Positions 31,885 through 41,480 of a stretch of DNA of 64,000 nt are shown piece after piece. How positions within the stretch are numbered: the first letter of the stretch is position 1; each line of letters begins with the position of its first letter. Under the pieces are notes generated by a model. It saw nothing but the letters and a program-made list of their open reading frames with translations. It did not search any database and had not been told where the DNA came from. The stretch is from the NCBI GenBank assembly GCA_963761705.1, contig CAVXHK010000001.1, forward strand, positions 259,140 through 323,139, given 5' to 3'. A program made the translations under genes and the position numbers. This DNA comes from an uncultured Verrucomicrobiae bacterium (lineage in GTDB: Bacteria > Verrucomicrobiota > Verrucomicrobiia > Chthoniobacterales > JAATET01).

Positions 31885-32817
31885 TCAAACCCGAACGGTC
31901 CCCGGACGCCGAATCTCCGGCGTTCCGCACCACCGCTTCGACAGATCCACCGGATCCCCCACCCGCACCTCCGCCGCGTCGACCTGGTAAGACCACACCT
32001 CGAACTTCGACAGAATCGCGCTGCCGAAAAACGTGCCAAACGCGCAGTTCACCGCGTCGTAGCCCGCGCAGATCCGGATGCGCGCCGTCCGCGGATCCGC
32101 GAATCGCGCGTCGAACACCTGCCACCGCCCGCCCATGAACACTTCGAAATAAGCGTGGAAATCCATCGGCGTTCCGGGATCCTCGCAGCCGATGTCCGGC
32201 ACGTAACCGCTCACGTAACGCGCCGGCAGATTAAACGTCCGGCACAGCGCCACGCCGGCGTGCGCCAAGTCGCGGCACACTCCGTAACCCCGCTGGATCG
32301 TCTCCCACGCCGACGTGTTCGCGCTGTAGGTCCCCGTCCGATACTCGATGTGCTCGTGCAACCACCCGCAGATCGCGCGGATGCGGGCCAGCCCCTGCGG
32401 AAGGTGGCCAAATTTTTCCCAGGCAAAGTTGAGGAGTTTGTCCGAGTCGCAATATCGCGTTGGCACCGTGTAGCGCAGGATCGACGCCGGCAGCAGGTGG
32501 GGCGGGTGCGGCTGGTCGAGCCAGAGAAAATCCTCACGCGCACTCGGCACGTTAACCAGCGCGTCGTAGCGCATCGCGGTATGCCCCGGCTGCAAGATCA
32601 TCCGGTAGACGATGTTCTCGTGATCGTCTTCGAACTCCGCGGCGTGCGGCTCTGGATCGAACGACACGGCCTCCTGCCGGATCGACTGAAACGGATCCTG
32701 CCGCGGCTTGAGCGTCACCAGAGCCGGCGTCGCCGCGGACGTCTCGTAGGTGATCTCGTAGCCCACCCGCACGGTGAGATCGAGATCAACAACGGGCAGA
32801 TCGGCAGTGATTTCCAT
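31885..32817 (-). CDS. Transglutaminase-like family protein (Bact_transglu_N + transglutaminase core)
   Basis: GYGVCRDLAHAGVALCRTFNLPARYVSGY...HAYFEVFMGGRWQVFD matches a Cys-His-Asp core arrangement. Confidence 0.8.
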   Translation of the reverse strand: MEITADLPVVDLDLTVRVGYEITYETSAATPALVTLKPRQDPFQSIRQEAVSFDPEPHAAEFEDDHENIVYRMILQPGHTAMRYDALVNVPSAREDFLWLDQPHPPHLLPASILRYTVPTRYCDSDKLLNFAWEKFGHLPQGLARIRAICGWLHEHIEYRTGTYSANTSAWETIQRGYGVCRDLAHAGVALCRTFNLPARYVSGYVPDIGCEDPGTPMDFHAYFEVFMGGRWQVFDARFADPRTARIRICAGYDAVNCAFGTFFGSAILSKFEVWSYQVDAAEVRVGDPVDLSKRWCGTPEIRRPGTVRV

Positions 32818-32911
32818 ACGTCGGTCAGGTTAAGGTGACCTAGCATCGCACGAGCCAGGTTCGGTGGATGTCCCACGCGTTCCCGTTCCCTCTCCCGATG
32901 TTTTTTCCACC

Positions 32912-33799
32912 ATGAGCTGGTTTCAGATTAATCACGAAACGATTTACCGCTACCGCGTACCCGTTCGCTTCGCTTCGCATCGCCTCGTGCTCCGCCCCCG
33001 CGAGGGTCACGACATTCACGTAACCGAGATGCGTCTCACGATCTCACCCGAGTTCGAAATCGAGTGGCGGCGCGACGTTTTCAGTAATTCCGTCGCTCTC
33101 GTCCATTTGCTCGACGAAGCCGACGAACTGCTCATCCGCAGCGAATGCGTTGTTCACCAAACGAGCGACTTCCCGACCATCAAGCGCCCGCCGTCGCGCC
33201 ACGCGCCCTTCCCGCTCGTGTTCGACGACCGCGAGCTGATCGTCGCCTGCGCCTACCGCCAGACCACCTTCCCCGACGACCAGGCCGCCGTCCGTGATTG
33301 GGTCGAAACGGTCGACCTCCCCGCGCGACCGAACGCCGACGATGTCGTCGACACCCTCAACCGCGCCGTCCACGATCGCATCCGCTACAACCGCCGCGAA
33401 GCCCGCGGCGTCCAGTCTCCCGGCCAGACCCTCACCCTCGGCACCGGCTCCTGCCGCGACGTGTCCGTCCTCCTCATGGAAGGCCTGCGCAGCCTCGGCT
33501 TCCCGGCCCGATTCGCGAGTGGCTACCTCGATTGCAGCGCCTCCGAAGCCGGCCGAGCTTCGACCCACGCCTGGGCGGAAGCGTACCTTCCAGAAACGGG
33601 TTGGATCGGTTTCGACCCGACAATGGGCCTCCGCACGTCGAACCGCCACGTCGTCCTCGGCGTCAGCAATCATCCCCGCGGCGTCATGCCCATCACCGGC
33701 TCCTATTTTGGCGAGTCCGCCGATTTTCTTGAAATGACCGTTGCCGTCCAGACCGAGCGCCTCACGGAACCCCCGGTGCTCGTCGGCACCACCGAATGA
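32912..33799 (+). CDS. Transglutaminase-like family protein
   Basis: MSWFQINHETIYRYRVPVRFASHRLVLRP...GTGSCRDVSVLLMEGLRSLGFPARFASGY...HAWAEAYLPETGWIGFDPT. Divergent from the previous gene. Confidence 0.8.
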   Translation: MSWFQINHETIYRYRVPVRFASHRLVLRPREGHDIHVTEMRLTISPEFEIEWRRDVFSNSVALVHLLDEADELLIRSECVVHQTSDFPTIKRPPSRHAPFPLVFDDRELIVACAYRQTTFPDDQAAVRDWVETVDLPARPNADDVVDTLNRAVHDRIRYNRREARGVQSPGQTLTLGTGSCRDVSVLLMEGLRSLGFPARFASGYLDCSASEAGRASTHAWAEAYLPETGWIGFDPTMGLRTSNRHVVLGVSNHPRGVMPITGSYFGESADFLEMTVAVQTERLTEPPVLVGTTE

Positions 33800-35025
33800 A
33801 CGCCGCCGATCTCACCGCCGCCTGCGAGGGTCACCTCCCCGCGACCCTCGACCTACTCGAGCGACTCGTCGCGGTCAACAGCTTCACCACCAACCGCGAC
33901 GGCGTGCGCCAAACGGCCGAACTCACCGCCGCCGCGTTTGCCCCGTTCGGTTTCGAGGCCGAGTTCGTCCCGCCGGCCAATCCAGCACACGGCCCGCACC
34001 TCGTCCTCCGCCGCGCCGCGACCGCAACCCCAGCGCCGACCCTCGCACTCATCTCGCACAGCGACACCGTCTTCCCCGAGGAAGAAGAGCTCCGGAACGA
34101 CTTCGCGTGGCGGCGAGAAGGCAACCGGATCTACGGTCCCGGCACGAACGACATCAAGGGCGGCACCGCCGGGATCTTGCTGCTCCTCCACGCACTCCAC
34201 GACACCGACAAAGCGCTCTTCAACGCCACGAATTGGGTCCTCCTCTTCAACGCGTGCGAAGAAGTCGACTCGCACGATTTCGGACGCCTCTGCCACCGCG
34301 TCCTCCCCGCCGACACCCGCGCCTGCCTCATCTTTGAAGCCGACGGCAGCTCGCCGGCCGAGTCCGACCTCGTCGCCGCCCGCAAGGGCCGGGCCTCCGC
34401 CCGCATCGACGTCTCCGGCCACGCCGCCCACGCCGGCGGTGGCCACGCCTACGGAGCCAACGCCATCGTCGAACTCGCCCGAGTCGTCGCGGCTGCCAGC
34501 GACCTCACCGATTACTCCACCGACCTCACCGTCAACGTCGGTCGCATCGAAGGCGGCACCGTCACCAACCGAGTCCCCCACGCCGCCCACGCCCGCCTCG
34601 AGCTCCGAGCCTTTGACCCCGCGAGCTACGAAACCGCGAAAGCCCGGCTGCTCGAACTCTCCGGCCCGGGCCGGATCGAAACCCAGGACGGTACCCACCG
34701 GACCTGCGAGATCACCGTCACCATCGAAGACGAGACGCAACCCTGGCCCATCAACCCCGGCACCGACTCGCTCATCGCGATCTGGAAAGAAGCGGGGCGA
34801 CAGCTCGGTCATCCGGTCCGTGCGGTCCCGCGGGGCGGTCTGAGCGACGGCAACGTGCTCTGGGCAGCCTTCCCCACCCTCGACGGCCTCGGCCCCAGCG
34901 GAGAGAACAGCCATTGCTCCGAGCAAAGCCCCGACGGCACCAAGCAGCAGGAATGGGTCGACTCAACGTCCTTCGTTCCAAAGACGGTCCTGAACGCGGT
35001 CGCAATTGCCGCCATTCTCCGGTAG
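33796..35025 (+). CDS. M20 family metallopeptidase (carboxypeptidase G2-like)
   Basis: LISHSDTVFP, GPGTNDIKGG and a GHAAHAG-type region. ATG overlaps the upstream stop (ATGA). Confidence 0.75.
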   Translation: MNAADLTAACEGHLPATLDLLERLVAVNSFTTNRDGVRQTAELTAAAFAPFGFEAEFVPPANPAHGPHLVLRRAATATPAPTLALISHSDTVFPEEEELRNDFAWRREGNRIYGPGTNDIKGGTAGILLLLHALHDTDKALFNATNWVLLFNACEEVDSHDFGRLCHRVLPADTRACLIFEADGSSPAESDLVAARKGRASARIDVSGHAAHAGGGHAYGANAIVELARVVAAASDLTDYSTDLTVNVGRIEGGTVTNRVPHAAHARLELRAFDPASYETAKARLLELSGPGRIETQDGTHRTCEITVTIEDETQPWPINPGTDSLIAIWKEAGRQLGHPVRAVPRGGLSDGNVLWAAFPTLDGLGPSGENSHCSEQSPDGTKQQEWVDSTSFVPKTVLNAVAIAAILR

Positions 35026-35105
35026 CCGCCGAGCGAAATTGTCCGGTTCCGGTTGCCCTTCCCCCATTCCACCCGTATCATCCTCGCTCCTCGCAACCGA
35101 CCAAC

Positions 35106-35483
35106 ATGACTGCAATCACCACCACCTTCGGCACTCTCCTGATCCTCCTCGGCCTCGGGGGCTACTTCGGCACGGGAGCGGAGAGTCCGACCGCTTTGAT
35201 CCCGGCAGCATTTGGGATCGTTTTAATCATCTTCGCGGCTCTGGCCCGACTTGGTCGCGTGATGAATCTCATATTTGCCCATCTTGCCGTCCTCTTCGGA
35301 CTGTTTGGCGGGGTTTCCGGACTGGTCATGTCCATCCCGAAGCTCTTTTCCGATCAGGAAAAACTGACCAACGTCGCCGTTTACCTCCAGTTCGGGATGG
35401 GCCTCATCCTCGTCGTCTACGTCATCTTCTGCGTTCGTTCGTTCATCGCCGCCCGCAAAGCCCGCACGGCCAACGGCTCTTAA
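35106..35483 (+). CDS. Small integral membrane protein
   Basis: 125 aa with four hydrophobic helices. No family recognised. Confidence 0.55.
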   Translation: MTAITTTFGTLLILLGLGGYFGTGAESPTALIPAAFGIVLIIFAALARLGRVMNLIFAHLAVLFGLFGGVSGLVMSIPKLFSDQEKLTNVAVYLQFGMGLILVVYVIFCVRSFIAARKARTANGS

Positions 35484-35490
35484 TTCACCC

Positions 35491-36438
35491 ATGAAAAAAC
35501 CCCACCTCTCCGTAGCCGGTAACGCCGCCTACTCCGCCATCGTCCCCATCATCGTCGTCCTGGCGTTCATCCTGTTTCTAGTGGCCGGCGCGTTCGTCGT
35601 CGTCCAAGCCGGTCACGTCGGCGTCGTCAAACGCCTCGGTGCCGTGCAAACCGACGCGCTCTCGGAGGGACTTCATTTCAAGCGACCGTTCATGGACGTC
35701 GTCGAGCAGATCGACATTCGACTCATGCCGACCAACGCGAAGTCGACCGCCGCTTCCCGCGACCTTCAGACCGTTTCAACGGAAGTCAACGTGACGTATT
35801 CCGTCAACGGCGAACTCGCTCCCCTCATGTTCCAGCGGATCGGCGACACGCGCAAGGTTGCCGCCGCTCTCGTCGAACCCGCCATTCAGGAGTCGGTCAA
35901 AGCCGTCACCGCGCAATACACCGCCGAAGAACTCGTCACCAAGCGAGCGGAAGTGAAAATCGCCATCCAAGGAGCGATCGAGGAATTCATCGCCAAAACG
36001 CTCGCCGAAAAAGACATCGCTAACGGTGTCCGTCTCGCCAACGTCGCGATCACCGACTTCGTCTTCAGCGAGGAATTCAACAAAGCCATTGAGTCCAAGG
36101 TCAAAGCCGAGCAAGAAGCTCTCCGCGCCAAAAACGAATACCTCATGCGAGTCACCCAGGCCGAAGCCGGCGAAGCCGAGGTCAAGCTCGCCGCCGACGC
36201 GAAAGCCTACTCGACCCAGGTCGAGTCCGAAGCCCGCGCCAACGCGATCAAAGTCGAGGCCGCCGCCCTCCGCGACAACCCCGCCATCATCGAACTCCGC
36301 GCCATCGAGCGTTGGGATGGAGCGCTTCCCAAGCTCTCTGGCACCAGCGCCGTCCCGTTCCTCAACCTCGAAACGATGACCGATGACGAACCATCAGCGG
36401 CCCCCAAGCCCACCCAAAGCAGCTCCTTCCTCAGGTAG
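35491..36438 (+). CDS. SPFH/band-7 (prohibitin-like) family protein
   Basis: N-terminal TM segment, then VVQAGHVGVVKRLGAV...LHFKRPFMDVVEQIDIR...TKRAEVK and a coiled-coil tail. Confidence 0.8.
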   Translation: MKKPHLSVAGNAAYSAIVPIIVVLAFILFLVAGAFVVVQAGHVGVVKRLGAVQTDALSEGLHFKRPFMDVVEQIDIRLMPTNAKSTAASRDLQTVSTEVNVTYSVNGELAPLMFQRIGDTRKVAAALVEPAIQESVKAVTAQYTAEELVTKRAEVKIAIQGAIEEFIAKTLAEKDIANGVRLANVAITDFVFSEEFNKAIESKVKAEQEALRAKNEYLMRVTQAEAGEAEVKLAADAKAYSTQVESEARANAIKVEAAALRDNPAIIELRAIERWDGALPKLSGTSAVPFLNLETMTDDEPSAAPKPTQSSSFLR

Positions 36439-36533
36439 ACCAACGGGGAGCGCAGGCTTCCAGCCTGCCGTCCCGGGCTTCCAGCCCGGGACACACGCGT
36501 AGGATCAGAGCCGAACGGGCGAACAATCTCTGC

Positions 36534-37403
36534 ATGCAAACCCTCGGCCGCCCAGCCTGGGAAGCCCGCCAAACCGCCCATCACGCCCGGGTCGACGCGT
36601 GGATTACCCCGCACCTCGCCCGCACCAGCCGCGGCGAGAAGCATCCGGTCCACGACTTCCTTTTCGACTACTACCACCACCGTCCCTCCCACCTTCGGCG
36701 CTGGCACCCCGGCCTCGGCTTTACCCTCGAGGAAGCCACCGAATTTTCCGACCGGCCATTCTACCGGACGACGCCCGGAGGCCTCACCACCGCCACCCCC
36801 ACCGAACTCAATCCCAACCGTCGCGAAGCCGTCGACTGGATCGCCAATCTCCTGCGCTCCATCGAAGCCCGCCCGCCCTTCTACGGCTGCGCCGGCTTGC
36901 ACGAATGGGCGATGGTCCACCGCTCGGATGATCTCCGTCACGCGGCCCACCCGCTCCGGCTCACCGCGGACGCCGTCGCCACCGTCGTCGAGTCGCATCC
37001 GATCCGGTGCACGCATTTCGACGCCTTCCGATTCTTCACCCCGACAGCCCGCCCGCTCAATCGCTTGCAACCCGCCCGCGAGACGGTCCCCGATCTGGAA
37101 CAAAGCGGCTGCCTCCACGTGAACATGGACCTCTACAAATGGGCGTTCAAACTCAATCCGTTCACGCCCTCCGAACTCGTCGCCGACACGTTCGCCCTCG
37201 CCCGGGACATCCGCGAGATCGACATGCGCGCCAGCCCCTACGACTTGACGGCCCTCGGCTTCGATCCCATCCCCATCGAATCCCCCGCGGGCCGCGCAAC
37301 CTACGAGACCCACCAACGCGACTTCAGCGCACGCGCAATCCCCTTCCGCCGTGCACTCATCACCGTCTGCGAGCGAATCCAGGCCCAGCTCACCGCGGCC
37401 TGA
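36534..37403 (+). CDS. Conserved hypothetical protein (a family I recall being annotated as 3-methyladenine DNA glycosylase; unverified)
   Basis: 289 aa. ARVDAWITPHLARTSRGEKHPVHDFLFDYYHHRPSHLRRWHPG resembles a conserved N-terminus seen in that family. From memory only. Confidence 0.35.
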   Translation: MQTLGRPAWEARQTAHHARVDAWITPHLARTSRGEKHPVHDFLFDYYHHRPSHLRRWHPGLGFTLEEATEFSDRPFYRTTPGGLTTATPTELNPNRREAVDWIANLLRSIEARPPFYGCAGLHEWAMVHRSDDLRHAAHPLRLTADAVATVVESHPIRCTHFDAFRFFTPTARPLNRLQPARETVPDLEQSGCLHVNMDLYKWAFKLNPFTPSELVADTFALARDIREIDMRASPYDLTALGFDPIPIESPAGRATYETHQRDFSARAIPFRRALITVCERIQAQLTAA

Positions 37404-37421
37404 CCCATCCGCGAAAGCGGC

Positions 37422-39311
37422 TCAACCTCCCCGGAACATCTCGCGGATCAACCCCGCGTAGCGATCGGCAATGACGTGCCGTTTGAGTTTGAGCGTCGCC
37501 GTCATTTCGTCCCCGATCTCAAACGCCTTCGGAACGAACCGCCACGCCACCACCCGCTCGAACGACTTGAACCCCGTGTCCGCGCAAACCAAGCGCCGCA
37601 CCTCCGCCGTCACCATTTTTCGAGCCACCTCGTCCGACGTCACCGCCTCGACCGTTTCCAGACCGGCATCCGCAAAGCCTGCCAGCGTCGGCACAATCAA
37701 CGCCCCGAGACACTTCTCGTCCTGCCCGACGACCATGCACTGATCAATCAGATCGGACTGCATGAGCTTGCCTTCGATCGGCACCGGCTCCACGTTTTCG
37801 CCACTCTGGAGAACGATCGTGTCCTTCGACCGACCGAGGATCTTGAGGCAGTCGTTGAACGTCACCATCCCGATGTCTCCCGTATCCAACCAGCCATCGC
37901 GCAGGACGAGCGCCGTATTCTCCGGGTCTTTGTAGTATCCCTTCATGATCTGCGGCCCGCTCGCGTGGATGCCGCCGCGCAGGCCGCGACCCCCACCCCG
38001 CCGCGACGGATCGGGGTACAACACCGCACCCGTTTCCAGGTCGACGATCCGGATCTTCGTCTCCGGATACGGCGCTCCGACCGAACCAATCACCAGATTA
38101 TCCCACGTCCGCACGGCCAGCACCGGCGTCGTCTCCGTGAGCCCGTAACCTTCAAGCACGGGAATCCCGATGAAGTTGAAAAATTCGTCCACGTGCCGTT
38201 GCAGAGCTCCGCCACCGCTGATCGTGCCGCGAAATTCCCCCCCGACAATCGCGCGAATCTTTTTCAAAACGATCGGATCCAACACCCGGTGCGGAACGGT
38301 GAAAATCGCGAGGTTCAACGCGTGCCCGAGTCCGGCGACCGCCTTCCGCCGCAACGATAATCCCGTCACGTCAAGCTGCTGTCCGACGAAGAACCGCTCG
38401 GCGCGATGGACCTTCTCCGTGCTCGCTGTCGCCAGTCGAAAGAGCGCTCGACGCAGCGGCGAGGCACTCGCGACGTTCGCCATGATCTTGAGGTAGAGGC
38501 TCTCCCAGAGACGAGGCGTCGAGACCATGATGTTTGGCCGCACCGTTTTCAGATCCGCCGCGATGTGCCGCAGGCTCGTGTAGTAAGTGCAGACGCCCCA
38601 GCTCATCGCGAGCGTTTCGAAGACCCGCTCGTAACTGTGCCAGATCGGCAGGATCGAAAGCGACCGGTCACCAACCCGAAACGGGAACGGCAGATTGCGG
38701 ATCTGCGACACCATGTTTGAGTGCGTGAGCTGCACGCCCTTCGGCGTCCCGGTCGTCCCCGACGTGTAGATGATGGTGAACAGATCGTCCGGCTGGATCC
38801 CCGCCATCCGTTCCTCCGCCCGCCGGTCGCCCGCGTCCCGCAAGCGGCGCCCGGTCGCCCGCACCTCCGCCAGAGTCCGCGCCCCACCGCCCTCCATCAC
38901 GATCACCTCGCGCAGCCGCGGCAGATCCCCCGCGCGAACCTTCGCGAGGATCGCCGCATTCTCGACGATCGCCACCTCCACGTCCGCGTGTTCGAGGATG
39001 TATTGCACCTCGCCCACCGTGATGTCCGTCCCGCGCGGCACATCGACCGCCCCGGCGATCTGCACCGCGCAGTCGCAGATCATCCACTCGAGCCGATTGT
39101 CCGCGAGCAGCCCGACGTGTTGCCGCGCCTCGACGCCCAGCTCGATCAGTCCAGTCGCCAATTCCAGCCCTGCCTGGAAAAGTTCGGCGTAGCTACATTT
39201 CGAAAAATTGCCGTCCGCATCGCGCGAAGCAAACGCCGCGTGATCCCCAAACGCATCCGCCCCCAACCGAAAAAGCTCGGCGACGTTCGGGGGAACAACC
39301 TGGCCGGTCAC
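37422..39311 (-). CDS. Long-chain fatty acid--CoA ligase (AMP-binding family)
   Basis: AMP-binding motif IIYTSGTTGTPKGVQLTH and later GYGLTET, GWLDTGDIG. 629 aa. Confidence 0.85.
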   Translation of the reverse strand: MTGQVVPPNVAELFRLGADAFGDHAAFASRDADGNFSKCSYAELFQAGLELATGLIELGVEARQHVGLLADNRLEWMICDCAVQIAGAVDVPRGTDITVGEVQYILEHADVEVAIVENAAILAKVRAGDLPRLREVIVMEGGGARTLAEVRATGRRLRDAGDRRAEERMAGIQPDDLFTIIYTSGTTGTPKGVQLTHSNMVSQIRNLPFPFRVGDRSLSILPIWHSYERVFETLAMSWGVCTYYTSLRHIAADLKTVRPNIMVSTPRLWESLYLKIMANVASASPLRRALFRLATASTEKVHRAERFFVGQQLDVTGLSLRRKAVAGLGHALNLAIFTVPHRVLDPIVLKKIRAIVGGEFRGTISGGGALQRHVDEFFNFIGIPVLEGYGLTETTPVLAVRTWDNLVIGSVGAPYPETKIRIVDLETGAVLYPDPSRRGGGRGLRGGIHASGPQIMKGYYKDPENTALVLRDGWLDTGDIGMVTFNDCLKILGRSKDTIVLQSGENVEPVPIEGKLMQSDLIDQCMVVGQDEKCLGALIVPTLAGFADAGLETVEAVTSDEVARKMVTAEVRRLVCADTGFKSFERVVAWRFVPKAFEIGDEMTATLKLKRHVIADRYAGLIREMFRGG

Positions 39312-39317
39312 GGGGAC

Positions 39318-39560
39318 CTACCGGCGTTGCCGCGGCGGCCGACCGCTTTCGCGGAAGGTGATCCGCGCCTTCGTCAGGTCGTAGGGAGAGAGCTCGATCG
39401 TCACCGCGTCGCCCGGAACGATCCGAATGAAATGCTTGCGCATCTTCCCGGAGATGTGGGCCAGAACGAGGTGACCGTTCGGCAGTTTCACACGAAACAT
39501 CGTGCCGGGTAACACGTCGGTCACGACGCCTTGACTGGTAATTGCTTCCTCTTTTGCCAT
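39318..39560 (-). CDS. infA: Translation initiation factor IF-1
   Basis: [70 protein letters not shown] plus a short basic tail. Confidence 0.93.
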   Translation of the reverse strand: MAKEEAITSQGVVTDVLPGTMFRVKLPNGHLVLAHISGKMRKHFIRIVPGDAVTIELSPYDLTKARITFRESGRPPRQRR

Positions 39561-39574
39561 GCGGGAGCGGACTT

Positions 39575-40663
39575 CTAATCGCAAACCATTTCGAAATCAA
39601 CCCACTTTACGAGCGAAGCTAAATTCCCCGCTCCCTCCGCGTGCCACGTCAGCGGCGGATTCTGCATCCGCCCGAGCGCACAGACGCGCGACACCGGCAG
39701 CCCCGCGACCAGCGTCGCGTTTGCCTCCGAGACCGGCCAGATCCCCGCCGCCGCCAGCCAATGCGCCACCGGAGCCAGCGCCATTCCGAGGTCGCCCGGC
39801 AACGGCTTCACGAACACGACGCGATTCAGCGGTGACGTCGCGAACCACGGATCCTCCTCGTAGATGACCGTCCAATCCGTCCCTCCCTCGCTGACCCACA
39901 ATTGCGTCCGCACGTCCCCCGCCGAGCGGAACGCGTAGCTCGCCCGCAGATCCACGATCTCCGCCGCCTCGCCGATCCCGAGCTTCCGCCGCGGAGTGTG
40001 CGCGTTAAACGCCGCCATCTCCCGAGCCAGCTCCGCCGCGAATCCGCGGGCCGTCAACCCGCCTCCCTCGGCCACAAAGAGGCAATGTGGCGAGAGGCAC
40101 CCCTGCTGGTCAAACAACGAGACGTCCCGCGCGGCCCGCCGCGCCGCCTCCGCGCCGTCACCGAACACGATTCCCAAGCTCACCCGGTGCCCGTGCGCCT
40201 GAAACGGCACCCCGTTTGGCGTCCGCCGTCGGAACTCCGCCACCGTCTCGTCGCTCCCAAACACGATCACCGCCCCCGCGTCCCGCAGCCACCCGTCCGG
40301 CAAGATCTCCGCCGTCTCGACCGACTGCCGCAGGCCGTCCGGCAACGCCTCGACGAACGCCGCGACCTCCGGCAATCCGCCCGTCGGTAGTTTCACCCGG
40401 TTGCGCGACCCGAGCAGCAGGCCTCGGATGAGACTCTGCAGCGCTCCGTGCGGCGTGTTCCCGCTCACCACGTGCAGAATCACCTCCGGCGGGACGGCCC
40501 GCGCCCGGTGCGATCCGTAGTCCGCAAACCCATCGAGAATCTCCGCGTTCCCCAACTCCAGCCGAATCACCTCCAACAGATCCGGCGAAGTCACCGATCC
40601 CAACAAATCAGCGACCACCCCCGCCGCTCCCGCGATTCCGTCCGCCCGTTCTCTCGTTTTCAT
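39575..40663 (-). CDS. Acyl-CoA reductase, LuxC-like (aldehyde dehydrogenase superfamily)
   Basis: [32 protein letters not shown] and [14 protein letters not shown] (candidate catalytic Cys). Start taken at MKTRER, because the upstream extension looks non-coding. Confidence 0.55.
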   Translation of the reverse strand: MKTRERADGIAGAAGVVADLLGSVTSPDLLEVIRLELGNAEILDGFADYGSHRARAVPPEVILHVVSGNTPHGALQSLIRGLLLGSRNRVKLPTGGLPEVAAFVEALPDGLRQSVETAEILPDGWLRDAGAVIVFGSDETVAEFRRRTPNGVPFQAHGHRVSLGIVFGDGAEAARRAARDVSLFDQQGCLSPHCLFVAEGGGLTARGFAAELAREMAAFNAHTPRRKLGIGEAAEIVDLRASYAFRSAGDVRTQLWVSEGGTDWTVIYEEDPWFATSPLNRVVFVKPLPGDLGMALAPVAHWLAAAGIWPVSEANATLVAGLPVSRVCALGRMQNPPLTWHAEGAGNLASLVKWVDFEMVCD

Positions 40664-40732
40664 GATCCGCCACCAGTAGCGCAAGCATCCTGCTTGCGCG
40701 ACCCTGTCCATCGCGGCAAACCTACCCGTCCC

Positions 40733-41344
40733 ATGCCGGAAAACATCCACACCGAATTCCACCGCTTCCTCACCCCCGCCGACAAGGAGCGCCTGCTCGG
40801 TCAGCGAGGCGGCGTCTTCTGGATGGTCGGCCTTTCTGGTTCCGGCAAATCCACCATCGCCAACGCCGCCGAGCGCACCCTCCACGACGCCGGGCGCTTC
40901 ACCACCATCCTCGACGGGGACAACCTGCGAAGCGGGTTAAATTCCAACCTCGGCTTCACCGACGACGACCGCCGCGAGAACATCCGGCGCACCGCCGAGG
41001 TCGCCCGGCTCTTCGCCAGCTCGGGCGTCATCACCTTGGTCTCCCTCATCACCCCCCGCGAGGCCTTCCGCGCGATGGCCCGCGAGATCGTCGGCCCCGC
41101 TTACCAAGAGATCTACGTCCGCGCCTCGTTCGAATCCTGCGCCGCCCGCGACCCCAAGGGCCTCTACCAGAAAGCCGCCACCGGAGCCGTCGCCAACTTC
41201 ACGGGCAAAGACAGCAGCTTCGAAGCGCCGGAAAATCCCGACCTCCTGCTCGATACCGAGAGCGACACCGCCGAATCGTGCGCCAAGCGGCTGATCGACT
41301 TTGTCGAGTCGAAGGTGATGGGGTCCAAAGTCGGAAAGTCTTAA
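40733..41344 (+). CDS. cysC: Adenylyl-sulfate (APS) kinase
   Basis: GGVFWMVGLSGSGKSTIANAAERTL...LDGDNLRSGLNSNLGFTDDDRRENIRR...RDPKGLYQKA. The last codons (SKVGKS) are encoded by 8-mer repeat units. Confidence 0.92.
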   Translation: MPENIHTEFHRFLTPADKERLLGQRGGVFWMVGLSGSGKSTIANAAERTLHDAGRFTTILDGDNLRSGLNSNLGFTDDDRRENIRRTAEVARLFASSGVITLVSLITPREAFRAMAREIVGPAYQEIYVRASFESCAARDPKGLYQKAATGAVANFTGKDSSFEAPENPDLLLDTESDTAESCAKRLIDFVESKVMGSKVGKS

Positions 41345-41365
41345 GGTCGGAAAGTCCGGGAACCC

Positions 41366-41413
41366 GCGCCAAAGGCAATCACCTTTTGGCGCCCTTTGCG
41401 CCTCTTTGCGGCC
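41366..41413. repeat. Gene-less hairpin / pyrimidine-rich arm of the same inverted-repeat family
   Basis: GCGCCAAAGG, caatca, then CCTTTTGGCGCCCTTTGCGCCTCTTTGCGGCC. The last 20 nt match the arm at 42805..42824. Confidence 0.6.
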
Positions 41414-41480
41414 AATCCTCACCGCCATTTCGACCTTTGACATTCGTCCTTCCGACTTTCAGACTCACCCGCTTTTTCCG

